DNA of 64,000 nucleotides, taken from the IMG/VR virus record IMGVR_UViG_3300029122_000292; one strand, written 5' to 3'. Source of the stretch: a virus. The notes beneath the pieces were generated by a model. That model was given only the letters and a program-made list of their open reading frames with translations. It ran no database searches and was not told where the DNA came from. This document shows, piece by piece, positions 29,863 to 39,393 of the stretch (its first letter is position 1; every line of letters begins with the position of its first letter). The position numbers and the translations under genes were made by a program.

Positions 29863-29938
29863 GTGGCGTTAGTTCAGTTGGCAGAACACTTGGCTCATAA
29901 CCGAGTAGTCGTGGGTTCAAAGCCCTCACGCCGCACCA
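29863..29938 (+). tRNA. tRNA-Met (anticodon CAT)
   Basis: Manual fold: acceptor GTGGCGT/ACGCCGC, D-stem GTTC/GAAC, anticodon loop CTCATAA, T-loop TTCAAAG, encoded CCA. Confidence 0.75.
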
Positions 29939-29981
29939 TTTCGTGTACGAATATCAACAAATCAAAAAGAGGTAAATCAAA

Positions 29982-30245
29982 ATGGCTGAGAATGCAGCTA
30001 AAAATACCGAAAGATATCAATCCTATAAACTTCAATGGATGTTGGATCATGGACACACATTAGAGGAAATTTTTAGAGAACTCTACATGATTCAAAAGGA
30101 ATACTTGGAAGACGGAGAGTCATGCCCAAGCATTTGGACGTTGTTGGATCGATGGGAAAAGGATATTGGGTTTGGTGGAGAATGTTGGGCTTGCTTTGAT
30201 GAATGGCTGGAGAATGAAGGTAGAGAGGTAAATCAAAATGGCTGA
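29982..30245 (+). CDS. hypothetical protein (87 aa)
   Basis: ORF track; GAGGTAAATCAAAATG. Confidence 0.5.
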   Translation: MAENAAKNTERYQSYKLQWMLDHGHTLEEIFRELYMIQKEYLEDGESCPSIWTLLDRWEKDIGFGGECWACFDEWLENEGREVNQNG

Positions 30246-30909
30246 CAAGTATCTCAGTATCATTACAAACTTCGGCTGCCACTATAGCTGCCCTGAGTGT
30301 ATTGTCCGCAATAACAAGCTCAAGATGACACCGACAGACGAGTATTCTTCTTATATGCAGTTAGAGCATGTTCTGAAGAACGAATGTAATGACTGTAATT
30401 GGGTATCTGTGTCTGGCGGCGGTGATCCACTTTATCACTGGTGGGAACATCAGGCGTGGTGGACAGGATTCTTTTCGGTGTGTAAAGAACTTGGTCGCAA
30501 GATTGAGTTGCATACGAGCTATTATGATTTTGATCATGATGATGGAATTTTAATGTTTCCATTCGAACAGTTTGATAGAGTTGTGTATCATTTGCATTGT
30601 GCAGAGGAGCTTTATAAGATTTGTCGCCGGGGTAAAGAAATCGTTCGAGTGGTATTCGTTGTGGACGATTCTATGGACGAATACGAAGTTAGCAGGATTT
30701 CAGCTATTGTTCAAGAAAGCGACGATATCGACGAGCTTACATTCCGGCAACGCGTGGATGCAAACTATAAGCCGACCTATCATTTGCGCGGTCTCCTGCT
30801 GGCGGGGCATAAAAAGGCTTGGTGGTATGTGACACAGTGCGATTACAATACTTACTTCCACAACGGTAAACTGTACACGAAGTACACGGATATCTTTGAG
30901 AAGGAGTAA
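30238..30909 (+). CDS. small radical-SAM protein (CX3CX2C; QueE- or activase-like size)
   Basis: CHYSCPEC motif near the N-terminus; glycine-rich SVSGGGDPL segment. Confidence 0.55.
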   Translation: MADKYLSIITNFGCHYSCPECIVRNNKLKMTPTDEYSSYMQLEHVLKNECNDCNWVSVSGGGDPLYHWWEHQAWWTGFFSVCKELGRKIELHTSYYDFDHDDGILMFPFEQFDRVVYHLHCAEELYKICRRGKEIVRVVFVVDDSMDEYEVSRISAIVQESDDIDELTFRQRVDANYKPTYHLRGLLLAGHKKAWWYVTQCDYNTYFHNGKLYTKYTDIFEKE

Positions 30910-30914
30910 TTCAG

Positions 30915-31223
30915 ATGTACATTGTCGTAAGCGATTATACCAACGAAAAAGTTGACATCTACAAATCAGTAAGTTTCGATAAAGCATTTCAGGCGAGAAG
31001 CGATGCGATTGATTTTGCTGCCCGTAGCTATCAGAGCTTCTTTGACAATATGCCCAGCGATGAAGCTGCACGGTATGAAAACGCAACGCGAATTAACACT
31101 GACTCTTATGCGGATTTCTGTGGGTGTGCTTTGTGTCCGTATCCCGAGTATGCTATCGGAGCTGCGGTTGATAATGGTGAAGATAATCACATGTACTACA
31201 TGGTATTTAAGGTGGAGGAGTGA
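30915..31223 (+). CDS. hypothetical protein (102 aa)
   Basis: ORF track. Confidence 0.5.
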   Translation: MYIVVSDYTNEKVDIYKSVSFDKAFQARSDAIDFAARSYQSFFDNMPSDEAARYENATRINTDSYADFCGCALCPYPEYAIGAAVDNGEDNHMYYMVFKVEE

Positions 31224-31315
31224 TTTCATGAAGCGATACCTTGTAAGCGTTTGGATACGACAGTCTTATTCCATTTGTGGCAAAAAGCTGAGACCGGATT
31301 CTGAGGTAGTAAGTT

Positions 31316-31540
31316 ATGAAAAAACATAAAGATTTATTGCTGGCAGCCTGCGCATCGGCTGTTTCGTTTTTGAGTCTCGATGATGTTTTTGAGAAACTTC
31401 TACGGCACATCTCGCTTGTTCAAATGGCAACAGGAAACATAAGTTCTCTTTACGGACGTGTCAGCGAGTTGGCTCTTTCGGTATCTGTGGCTCTGTCGCT
31501 TGCGATTGGAGCTGTGGTATATATTTTATTCAAAAATTAA
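31316..31540 (+). CDS. small membrane protein (74 aa)
   Basis: Hydrophobic N- and C-terminal segments. Confidence 0.45.
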   Translation: MKKHKDLLLAACASAVSFLSLDDVFEKLLRHISLVQMATGNISSLYGRVSELALSVSVALSLAIGAVVYILFKN

Positions 31541-31552
31541 AAGGAGGAACGA

Positions 31553-32464
31553 ATGAAGAAGTTCAAAAAGATTTTCGTGGTTTCGTGTGCAATCGTGATG
31601 GCGTTGACCTTTACGGGGTGTACCAAGAAAGAGGTGTATACAATCGAACCTCATGAAACTGCATTTCTGATTTCACTCTCTGAGGGCGGTGGGAAACAGG
31701 CGTCCTTTGAGAGTGAGGCAATGCTCGCTGAAGCAAAGGTGGCAGCCAAACAGGTGTACATTACTTACTCGAAGCGACATCTGTCGCCGACTGACATCAT
31801 TGGTACTTGGGTACCGGATAACATGTTGGTTGTCGTCAATAGAACTCCTGTTACTCGTGAATGGTCCGAGGGCAAGGACAGTGGCACCAGCACTGTCAAC
31901 CAGTCCATCTCTGCCGAAAGCAAGGAGTCTATTGGCTTCTCTGTCGGTATGAACTGCTCTGCTCAGATCTACACTGAAAACGATGCAGTCAAGTTCCTGT
32001 ATTCCTACAACAACAAACAGCTCTCCGAGATTATGGATACTGAAATCCGTGCTCGTGTTGAAGCTGACTTTGTTGAAATGTGCGCCAAGTACACCATGAA
32101 TGAGATCCTTGAGAAGAAGGCCGAGATCATGGAGTATGTCCGCAAGGATGTGACTGAGTATTTTGCAGAACGCGGTATCACGATTACTGTCCTTGGTATG
32201 AAGGATGGCATTGAGTACGACGATGCGTCTGTTCAGGCTGCTATTAACAAGTCCTTTGTGGCTGAGCGCAATGATGAGGCGCAGGAGATTGAGAATCAGA
32301 CTAAGATTTCCAAGGCGAACGCAGAAGCCGAGGCGAATAAAATCATCTCTGAGTCTCTGACTGACCGGCTGATTCAGCAGCAGATGTATGAAAAGTGGGA
32401 TGGTAAGCTTCCTACTTATGTCGGCGGCGATGCCAGCATTCCTGTACTGAACGATATGAAGTAA
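31553..32464 (+). CDS. SPFH (band-7/prohibitin-like) domain lipoprotein (303 aa)
   Basis: Lipobox LTFTGC; Ala/Glu-rich coiled C-terminus typical of the SPFH family; GC3-rich. Confidence 0.6.
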   Translation: MKKFKKIFVVSCAIVMALTFTGCTKKEVYTIEPHETAFLISLSEGGGKQASFESEAMLAEAKVAAKQVYITYSKRHLSPTDIIGTWVPDNMLVVVNRTPVTREWSEGKDSGTSTVNQSISAESKESIGFSVGMNCSAQIYTENDAVKFLYSYNNKQLSEIMDTEIRARVEADFVEMCAKYTMNEILEKKAEIMEYVRKDVTEYFAERGITITVLGMKDGIEYDDASVQAAINKSFVAERNDEAQEIENQTKISKANAEAEANKIISESLTDRLIQQQMYEKWDGKLPTYVGGDASIPVLNDMK

Positions 32465-32553
32465 CCTCGTAGGAACGGAGACATTAAACCCGTGTCCTGA
32501 GATCAACACAAGATCTAAAAACTGTGTGGCAGCTCGGAAAGACGAGCAAGTAT

Positions 32554-32636
32554 GTTTCGGTGCTGGAATCGGCAGACAGGGGAGTCTCAAAAACTTCTGC
32601 GAAAGCATGTGGGTTCAAGTCCCATCCGAAACGCCA
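32554..32636 (+). tRNA. tRNA-Leu (anticodon CAA), type II
   Basis: Acceptor GTTTCGG/CCGAAAC, anticodon loop CTCAAAA, long variable arm, T-loop TTCAAGT, CCA. Confidence 0.7.
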
Positions 32637-32759
32637 TGGGTGAGTTGCGTCGCCCAAAAATCTCCTTTTCCTCACAAATGCTTAGTGGCTCATGAGTTCC
32701 AGACATGAATCACCGTGACTGAACAAGTCGTAGCAGGTACGCAATCCTGTTTTTGATAA

Positions 32760-32845
32760 GTCGGTATGGTGGAATAGGCGAGACACGTCTGCTTTAGGGA
32801 CAGATGCTTAAGTGCATGTGAGTTCAAATCTCACTACCGACACCA
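32760..32845 (+). tRNA. tRNA-Leu (anticodon TAG), type II
   Basis: Acceptor GTCGGTA/TACCGAC, anticodon loop TTTAGGG, variable arm ATGCTTAAGTGCAT, T-arm GTGAG-TTCAAAT-CTCAC, CCA. Confidence 0.6.
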
Positions 32846-32995
32846 ATCTCGCATGGGTAGGATCTTTAGCGGTCAGATCCGGCCGCGCCTGTGCGAGATA
32901 CCACCCCCCTGTGGGGAATGTTAAATTTTTCCATGTACGTTATTCTCGGCTCGCTCGAAAGAGTGCAGCGTGCCTTTGTAAGCCGAGTATTTTAT

Positions 32996-33064
32996 GTGGC
33001 TGTAGCTCAGATGGTAGAGCAGCAAGCTAACTGCGCGCCGTTGGTTCAAGTCCAACCAGTCACT
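32996..33064 (+). tRNA. tRNA-like gene; anticodon arm not resolved by eye
   Basis: Acceptor GTGGCTG/CAGTCAC, D-arm GCTC-AGATGGTA-GAGC, T-arm GTTGG-TTCAAGT-CCAAC. Region between the arms is too short for a standard anticodon arm plus variable loop. Confidence 0.4.
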
Positions 33065-33183
33065 CCGATGCCCGCTTATAGGGTCTCATTCCTCCTATTC
33101 GGGCTTTACCTCTTTTCTTCCTTGTTATTCCCGGCTCCATGGCGAATGCTGTGGCAATAAGGCGTAGTAAGCTGGGTTTATAT

Positions 33184-33258
33184 GCAGCGGTCGTACATCG
33201 GCTAGTATATCAGCCTTCCAAGCTGAGGAGGTGGGTTCGACTCCCATTCGCTGCTCCA
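33184..33258 (+). tRNA. tRNA-Gly (anticodon TCC)
   Basis: Acceptor GCAGCGG/TCGCTGC, anticodon stem TCAGC/GCTGA, loop CTTCCAA, T-loop TTCGACT, CCA. Confidence 0.7.
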
Positions 33259-33566
33259 TCGTGTGCGACGGTTTGAGACTCCTACATGCAAATCCAGCCG
33301 GGTAAGTCCGTCCACAACCGGTGTAGGTAGACATCTTTACTCATTAGGTCTCTAACTAAATGAGGAATAGAAAATCAGTTGTTCCAGCTAGATCGGGGAT
33401 TGGCCGTTCATTGGCAAACGACAGGCATCACACCGGTAAATGATGCTGAGCCAAATAGGAAGGGGAATAAGGTGCAAGTCGAGTAGCTGTCGGACGAATA
33501 CTCTTCAGGTAGCCAGTAAACTGGAACGTAAAACGAATGTTGGCTGTTTCTGATTTTCTTTTATAT

Positions 33567-33653
33567 GCTACCATGATGTAACTGGCAGGCATGAGGGACT
33601 TAAAATCCCTTGCTGGAAACAGCGTGCGGGTTCAAGTCCCGCTGGTAGCACCA
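33567..33653 (+). tRNA. tRNA-Leu (anticodon TAA), type II
   Basis: Acceptor GCTACCA/TGGTAGC, anticodon stem AGGGA/TCCCT, loop CTTAAAA, long variable arm, T-arm GCGGG-TTCAAGT-CCCGC, CCA. Confidence 0.75.
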
Positions 33654-33694
33654 TTGTTCGAATATCAACACATAAAAAATAGGAGCAAAACAAC

Positions 33695-33943
33695 ATGAAT
33701 ATCGTTATTGAAACTAAGGACGACAAATATGTAGCCGGTGTTTATGCTGACGAGGGAGAGAATACCGAAAACGATACGATCATTGATTGTGCTGTAAACG
33801 GGCTTCTTGCTATTATTCGTTTTTATATTCTTAAAGACGAAACCCTTACGATGGAAAACAAGAAGAATGTTGTGTCTGACCTATGCGATGAAATTAAGAA
33901 AAAGCTTTTGGAAGCAATTGAAGAGGAGAGCGCAGTCGTATGA
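33695..33943 (+). CDS. hypothetical acidic protein (82 aa)
   Basis: ORF track; AGGAGCAAAACAACATG. Confidence 0.5.
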   Translation: MNIVIETKDDKYVAGVYADEGENTENDTIIDCAVNGLLAIIRFYILKDETLTMENKKNVVSDLCDEIKKKLLEAIEEESAVV

Positions 33944-34329
33944 ATTCTATTATCAGTCCGTGGGTGTTTTATCTGATTGGCATGGCTGACACCATTCAGA
34001 TTTTGGCGCTTTTCGCTTCTATTTGTTTTGTTGCCATCTCTGGTTATTTGTGGTTTGATTGGATGAATGATTTCGCTCGTTATGGAGAAAAGGATGAAGA
34101 TGTTTTAAGAGAGCGCAAGATTGTTGTAAAGGTGTCAATTGCGGCAATTGTGAGCCTAGCGATTCTTGTCTTTACCCCTTCTTCCAAGACCTGTTATAAA
34201 ATGCTCGCCGCCAATATGTTTACAGAAAAGAATGTAACTGCTGCAACTGAATATGTCACTGACGTAATCGACTATGCAGTCGACAAAGTAAAAGAACTTG
34301 ACCCTGCAACTGAAAATGAAAGGAGCTAA
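33940..34329 (+). CDS. membrane protein (129 aa)
   Basis: Three hydrophobic segments; ATGA overlap. Confidence 0.5.
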   Translation: MNSIISPWVFYLIGMADTIQILALFASICFVAISGYLWFDWMNDFARYGEKDEDVLRERKIVVKVSIAAIVSLAILVFTPSSKTCYKMLAANMFTEKNVTAATEYVTDVIDYAVDKVKELDPATENERS

Positions 34330-34334
34330 ACATT

Positions 34335-34601
34335 ATGATCACCATGTCACATGAGGAAGTTCTTGAGACGATTCCGTTTATGTTTGTTTGCGAAACTCGG
34401 GAAGGTGCTCGTTGGAACAGTGGTACTCGCCGTAGGCTCTGGAACGAACAGTTTACCAAACAGGAACAAGCAGCGTGTGCAAGTTTGTTTAAGATGGCGC
34501 ATGAGTGGGCGCTCATTCGCGGTGTCCCTGATGTTGTTCGGATGGATCAGTCTACATATTGGCTGTGGATCAAGCTTGGCGAGTTTTGTGAAATGCTTTG
34601 A
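34335..34601 (+). CDS. hypothetical protein (88 aa)
   Basis: ORF track. Confidence 0.45.
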   Translation: MITMSHEEVLETIPFMFVCETREGARWNSGTRRRLWNEQFTKQEQAACASLFKMAHEWALIRGVPDVVRMDQSTYWLWIKLGEFCEML

Positions 34602-34616
34602 TCGCGAGGTGATGAC

Positions 34617-34874
34617 GTGAAGGTTTATGTTCTTTATGACTGTGTCGAAAATCCAGACGAGTGGGCGTTTGCTGGTGTTGAACACATTTATGCGAATCAT
34701 GCAGACGCGGTAGATCGGATGCAGGATTTGTTCTTAGAGTGTTTGAACGAACACGACATAAATAATGCAGAAAGTATGCGAGATAGCTATATTGACGATT
34801 GGGGAGCGCGTGTCGCGGACGTTCCGGCTGGTTATCGTCACACATGGACAATTACAGAGGAGACAGTTGTATGA
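34617..34874 (+). CDS. hypothetical protein (85 aa)
   Basis: ORF track. Confidence 0.45.
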   Translation: MKVYVLYDCVENPDEWAFAGVEHIYANHADAVDRMQDLFLECLNEHDINNAESMRDSYIDDWGARVADVPAGYRHTWTITEETVV

Positions 34875-35095
34875 AATACGATTTACATGTTGGGCAATTA
34901 GTTAGAATCGGCAATGAAGTGTCTGAAAACGATATGAATCGCAACAAAAGAGGGCGCATCGTAAGATTTGATAAAGATTACCCAGTTGTAGAGATGTTAG
35001 ACCCATTTACAAGTGGAGAAACAACGATTACTTGGTGCCCGCAGAGATTTTGGGAGCCGTGTCCAACAAAACTTACTTGCAAATCACTTCTGTGA
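34872..35095 (+). CDS. 74-aa SH3/KOW-like small protein with C-terminal ...TCKSLL tail
   Basis: ORF 34799..35095 trimmed to MKYDLHVGQLVRI. Paralog of 41540, 42637, 42926 and 45562. Confidence 0.55.
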
Positions 35096-35147
35096 TTTTA
35101 TTTTTTGGTCACACAAACATAACTTAAATATATAAAGGAGCGAAGAA

Positions 35148-35273
35148 ATGGTTATCAAGTATGTTGACGGCCACTATGAAATCGTATCGGCGGATAGTGG
35201 TCAGTTTATTCAGTCGGCCGATACATGGGACGAAGCTCTGGATAATATGAAGGAGCTACTACAAACCGCATAA
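35148..35273 (+). CDS. very small protein (41 aa)
   Basis: MVIKYVDGHYEIVSADSGQF... preceded by AAAGGAGCG and the CACAAAC..ACTTAAATATA motif. Confidence 0.4.
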   Translation: MVIKYVDGHYEIVSADSGQFIQSADTWDEALDNMKELLQTA

Positions 35274-35332
35274 GGTACAACGGGTGATTGCCCGTTTACA
35301 TATCAATCTTTAATTACAAAGGAGAAAACATT

Positions 35333-35755
35333 ATGAAAGCAATCGTTAAGTTCAACAATCTGTTCGTCACTTCCGCATACGATGTCGCTACCCTGAAGAA
35401 GGTCGAGAAGTTCCGTCCCGAGGCTTTGAAGCTGTATGAGGGCGAGGGCAAGGAGAAGAAGCTTGTGAGCGCCATTGCTGTTGCTTCTAAGGATGATATT
35501 AGCAAGTTCGGCGTGGCTTTTGCTCAGGATGCAGTCACTGGCGATAAGGTTGCCGTTTTGAGCCGTCCTGTTCCTGCTGGTATGAAGTCTGAGGCAGAGA
35601 TCAAGGAGTGGGTTCGCGACATGATTGGTCTGACCATTGTTCGCGGCACCAAGATCGAGGAGCAGATCGCAGCCGCTATGGAGTCCATCAATGCTGATGA
35701 GGCTGCCATGAATGCTGCAATCACTATCGATGGTGAGGACGCAGACGCCGAGTAA
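35333..35755 (+). CDS. hypothetical protein (141 aa), GC3-rich; probably abundant
   Basis: ORF 35288..35755 trimmed to MKAIVKF after AAAGGAGAAAACATT. Confidence 0.6.
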   Translation: MKAIVKFNNLFVTSAYDVATLKKVEKFRPEALKLYEGEGKEKKLVSAIAVASKDDISKFGVAFAQDAVTGDKVAVLSRPVPAGMKSEAEIKEWVRDMIGLTIVRGTKIEEQIAAAMESINADEAAMNAAITIDGEDADAE

Positions 35756-35852
35756 GAGCGCTGCTGAGGTTCCACGCCGGATGTTCCTGCGCAATACGTC
35801 CGGCATTTTAACGAGTAAACGATATTTTTCAAATTAAAAAGGAGTACATACT

Positions 35853-36092
35853 ATGATTAAGATTTGGGTTACCACTAATGACGACAAGATCGAGGACGTT
35901 GTTGCTACCAGCATGACCCCGAAGGACGTGTTCGCAAAGCATGGCGTGAACTACGCCAATGGCCAGAGCACTCTGGATGGCTGCATTCTGACGGTGGCAC
36001 AGCTGAACACTCCGCTGTCTGAGCTGGGCGTCGGCGATGAGGTGTATCTGGCCTCCATCTCCAAGCACGACAATGCGACTGGTATGAACTGA
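35853..36092 (+). CDS. 79-aa protein with possible MoaD/ThiS-like beta-grasp (ubiquitin-like) fold
   Basis: MIKIWV... N-terminus and GDEVYLASISKHDNATG near the C-terminus resemble MoaD (MIKVLFF... GDEVAFFPPVTGG). No terminal GG unless processed. Confidence 0.35.
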   Translation: MIKIWVTTNDDKIEDVVATSMTPKDVFAKHGVNYANGQSTLDGCILTVAQLNTPLSELGVGDEVYLASISKHDNATGMN

Positions 36093-36235
36093 TCGCGCTG
36101 ATCCGAAAATAAACAACTGAATTCGTTATTGGTTACAACGATATTCTAAACACTGCAGCCGCTGGCAGGCCGGTTAAAGTCTGCCTTATATGTGTCCAGT
36201 ATCTGGGCTTTTAAATTAAACAGGAGGAAATACAT

Positions 36236-37753
36236 ATGGCTTTCACAGCTTATTCCAGCAAGATCGGTTCGAGAGATTGCGACGAAGCATATCCGTTGAT
36301 TCTGAATTGCGACAATAGCAATCTCAACGATAATGTGATGTTGTCTGTACTGCGCGTACTGATCAATGATGACCGTATCAAGCATTCTATTTCGGGAGGG
36401 CATCGCATTCAGTCAATTATTGATTGCCAACAGTTCTATATGGGCGACGACGAAAAGTTCACTAAGGACATGTTCGTTCATGAAGATAACGCTTTCAATC
36501 AGATGAAATTTGGCATCATGTTTCAGACGATCGACGATAAGAAAGCAGACGCCATTATTTCTGAGTTCAAGAAGTACAATGCGGATTACGAAGCTGCCGG
36601 TTGGAAGATCATGGATGTCGCAGCTAAGTACATCGATAAGAATGGCAACGTCTATGTATATCAGAATGAAAAGAAGCAGGGTGTTGTCGTTGTTTGTGCT
36701 AAGAAGAATCTGATTCAGGCCATGCACATGGCGGCGAGTTGTTTGCCAAACCTGATGCCGTGGTTTTTCGCTGATCAGCCGCTGACTGATGATGAGAAGG
36801 CGATGCTGCGTACTCTTTATGATCAGGACAACGAAGCTTTCGGCAAATACATGGAGAAGGCATACGAGACCGGCGATTTCTATGGTAAGAAGTTGCGTGG
36901 CGCTCTGAAGGGATTTTGCAAGAAGGATTATGCAAACGAAATTACCCGGCAGGAGCGATATATTCGTGAAATCCAAGATGAAATCGAAAGAAAATATAAC
37001 GATATCCGTGAGAGAAATAAAAATCTTGAAGAAGCTCAATTTAAACTCACTATGATCATGGACCGTGCTTGCTGCACTGAGGATGACGAAGCTGCAATTG
37101 TTAATTTCCTGAAGCGCTGCAAGACGCTGGTTTATCTTGACTCCAATAGTGATCGAATCTCTATTGGTTATGTTGGCACGCTAAACGATTGTGATGAGGG
37201 CGAGTTCCGCACTTGTGTTGAGAAAAAGGCAAATAGTCGAAGCTACATTTTTCAGCGTTCGCCGTATGACACGGAACTTACGAAAGATTTCTTTGTGTCA
37301 ATTTGGAAGACCCATCGGTTCGCTATTCGCACCTACTGTGAATGGCGACTGTATTCCAGCTGCAAGGTTGAAGCAATTCGTGGTTCTGATATGCAAGGTC
37401 GCTCTGATTTGATGAAGGATCGTATTCGTCAGCCCCATATCGATCGGCATGCGTGCTATAGCGGTTATCGAGAGATGCTCAATGCGCTTAGTGTAAAACA
37501 CGATTACATTGGCGTCCTGACTACGATTATTGGTTCAAGCGCATCTATCAACTGGAAGGATGGCACCGTTGTAAGCGACCTCATGTACGATTTGTTTGAC
37601 GAATACTATATCAAAACTCGTAAGTGTATCGAGGATAACGCGGGTAATCTGTACACGGTGGCAGAAGTATTTGATATTCTCAAGAACGAAAAGGACGCAG
37701 CAGCAACAGCAGAAGCAGTAAAGAAGGAGGTCGCTAAAGATGAAGCCCATTAA
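36236..37753 (+). CDS. hypothetical protein (505 aa)
   Basis: ORF track; GGAGGAAATACATATG. Confidence 0.6.
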   Translation: MAFTAYSSKIGSRDCDEAYPLILNCDNSNLNDNVMLSVLRVLINDDRIKHSISGGHRIQSIIDCQQFYMGDDEKFTKDMFVHEDNAFNQMKFGIMFQTIDDKKADAIISEFKKYNADYEAAGWKIMDVAAKYIDKNGNVYVYQNEKKQGVVVVCAKKNLIQAMHMAASCLPNLMPWFFADQPLTDDEKAMLRTLYDQDNEAFGKYMEKAYETGDFYGKKLRGALKGFCKKDYANEITRQERYIREIQDEIERKYNDIRERNKNLEEAQFKLTMIMDRACCTEDDEAAIVNFLKRCKTLVYLDSNSDRISIGYVGTLNDCDEGEFRTCVEKKANSRSYIFQRSPYDTELTKDFFVSIWKTHRFAIRTYCEWRLYSSCKVEAIRGSDMQGRSDLMKDRIRQPHIDRHACYSGYREMLNALSVKHDYIGVLTTIIGSSASINWKDGTVVSDLMYDLFDEYYIKTRKCIEDNAGNLYTVAEVFDILKNEKDAAATAEAVKKEVAKDEAH

Positions 37754-38636
37754 TATCACGGAGCAGGTTGTAGCAGATATGGCACGTGAATTTGTTCAGG
37801 AGCTGTATAAGACCGGTAGGGTTAAGACGGATTCTTTCTCATACAAGAAGAATTTTGCGTCTGTTAAAAAGGATGCTGTCGAGGTGAATTTCACCTATGA
37901 AGCGTATTCTCAGATGTTTGCGTTGATTGATCACTTCGATTGTGAGGTTGCATGGCGCGGCATTGTGAATCGTATCGATAAGACGCATTTTCAGATTACC
38001 AAGATTCTGCTGTATCCTCAGACTGTGACTGGTACCACAGTGGACACCGATCAGGAAGAATTTTCAAAGTGGTTTCAGGCGCTGCCTGTTGAAACGATTC
38101 GCAACCTGAGATTTCAGGGACACAGCCATGTCGATTTCGGTGTAACGCCGAGCAGTCGCGATATGGAGGATCAGTGGCGATTCATTGACGGACTCAAGCC
38201 GACGAGTTATCAGATTTTTATGATTTGGAACAAGAAGCGTCAGTATAACGTTCGCGTCATTGATCTGGCCGACAATGTCATCTATGAGGGAGCCGATGTC
38301 AAGGTTACTGTTGGAGATTTTGACTCGACTCGATTTCTCGAGGATGCAGACAAAACGGTTCGAAAGCGCCCTGTATATGTCGCAAGCACAGTCGCAAATT
38401 ACGGAGCTTATGGAGCAGGCACCTATTATGGTAAAGCAGTTACGCCGCAAAAAACGTACCCGCAAACAGTTACCACGCAAACGCCAGTGCCGCAAATCAA
38501 GACGGTAACTGGCGCAGCGGCTCCGAAAGTCAAGGAAGTGTCTGAGACTCGATATCCATTGGTCAATCATTACAAGGAGAATCCAGAAGATCTTGATACG
38601 TGCTGGAATTCCAGCTGTTTTCCGTATGACAATTAA
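37740..38636 (+). CDS. JAMM/MPN+ family metallopeptidase (298 aa)
   Basis: Canonical JAMM motif HSHVDFGVTPSSRD (HxHx7Sx2D) with upstream Glu. Confidence 0.65.
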   Translation: MKPINITEQVVADMAREFVQELYKTGRVKTDSFSYKKNFASVKKDAVEVNFTYEAYSQMFALIDHFDCEVAWRGIVNRIDKTHFQITKILLYPQTVTGTTVDTDQEEFSKWFQALPVETIRNLRFQGHSHVDFGVTPSSRDMEDQWRFIDGLKPTSYQIFMIWNKKRQYNVRVIDLADNVIYEGADVKVTVGDFDSTRFLEDADKTVRKRPVYVASTVANYGAYGAGTYYGKAVTPQKTYPQTVTTQTPVPQIKTVTGAAAPKVKEVSETRYPLVNHYKENPEDLDTCWNSSCFPYDN

Positions 38637-38651
38637 AGAAAGGACTACAAA

Positions 38652-39326
38652 ATGAATCTGAGTAAGCTTGAAATGGTATTCAACCCCGATGATATCAGCG
38701 GCCAGATCCACATTATTGGTTGTGGTTCGGTTGGCTCTACTGTGGCGGAACTTCTTGCACGGTATGGTCTGAAGAATTTCACGCTGTGGGATATGGACGA
38801 GGTTGAAAGCAAGAATATCGTCAACCAGATGTTCTTCGCCAACAATATTGAAGCTCCAAAGGTCGAGGCGGTTCGCGATATTATCTGTGCCATCAATCCT
38901 GATGCCAAAGATGAAATTGTTCTGAAGCCGAATGGTTGGCAGGGTGAGATGATTCGCGGTTATGTATTCCTCGCGGTCGACAATATCGAAATTCGCAAGC
39001 AATTCATGGAGGCGAACAAGTACAATCCGAATATCAAGGGTGTGTTTGATGTCCGCACCGGGTTCCATGATGCACAGTGCTGGGCAGCAGATTGGAGTAA
39101 GGAAAAAGACCGAGAGAATTTATGGAACTCTATGAATTTCTCTCATGAAGATGCACAGGCTGGCACTCCGGTTTCTGCATGTGGCATCGTTCAAGGTCTC
39201 GCCCCGACTGTTCGTTTCGTGTGTTGTTTGGCGGTTACGAACTTTATCAATTTCGCGACTAATATCGCACCTTTGAAGAAAATGATCGTTGCAAATCCGT
39301 ACACTTTTAACGTTACGGCTGCATAA
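38652..39326 (+). CDS. ThiF/MoeB-family E1-like adenylyltransferase (224 aa)
   Basis: Rossmann motif IIGCGSVGSTVAELLARYGL followed by LWDMDEVESKNIVNQ, as in the E1/MoeB/ThiF nucleotide-binding site. Confidence 0.65.
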   Translation: MNLSKLEMVFNPDDISGQIHIIGCGSVGSTVAELLARYGLKNFTLWDMDEVESKNIVNQMFFANNIEAPKVEAVRDIICAINPDAKDEIVLKPNGWQGEMIRGYVFLAVDNIEIRKQFMEANKYNPNIKGVFDVRTGFHDAQCWAADWSKEKDRENLWNSMNFSHEDAQAGTPVSACGIVQGLAPTVRFVCCLAVTNFINFATNIAPLKKMIVANPYTFNVTAA

Positions 39327-39375
39327 AGAATAAATAAAAAAAAATCGTGATGAATTACTGTTGAAATATACAGTC

Positions 39376-39393
39376 CTGCCGGATGACCGACAG
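39376..39393. promoter_or_regulatory. 18-bp imperfect palindrome CTGCCGGATGACCGACAG, copy B, at the head of the 290-nt leader upstream of the RT
   Basis: Identical at 18/18 to copy C and 17/18 to copy A. Confidence 0.5.

Noticed and set aside
31673-32608. 311-aa minus-strand ORF antisense to the SPFH lipoprotein
   Set aside because: Shadow ORF with no start context. It also runs through tRNA-Leu(CAA).
32760-32845. Possible stop-codon suppressor tRNA (TTA/CTA anticodon)
   Set aside because: The best fold places TAG at positions 34-36 with a type II variable arm, giving an ordinary tRNA-Leu(UAG). No evidence for recoding.
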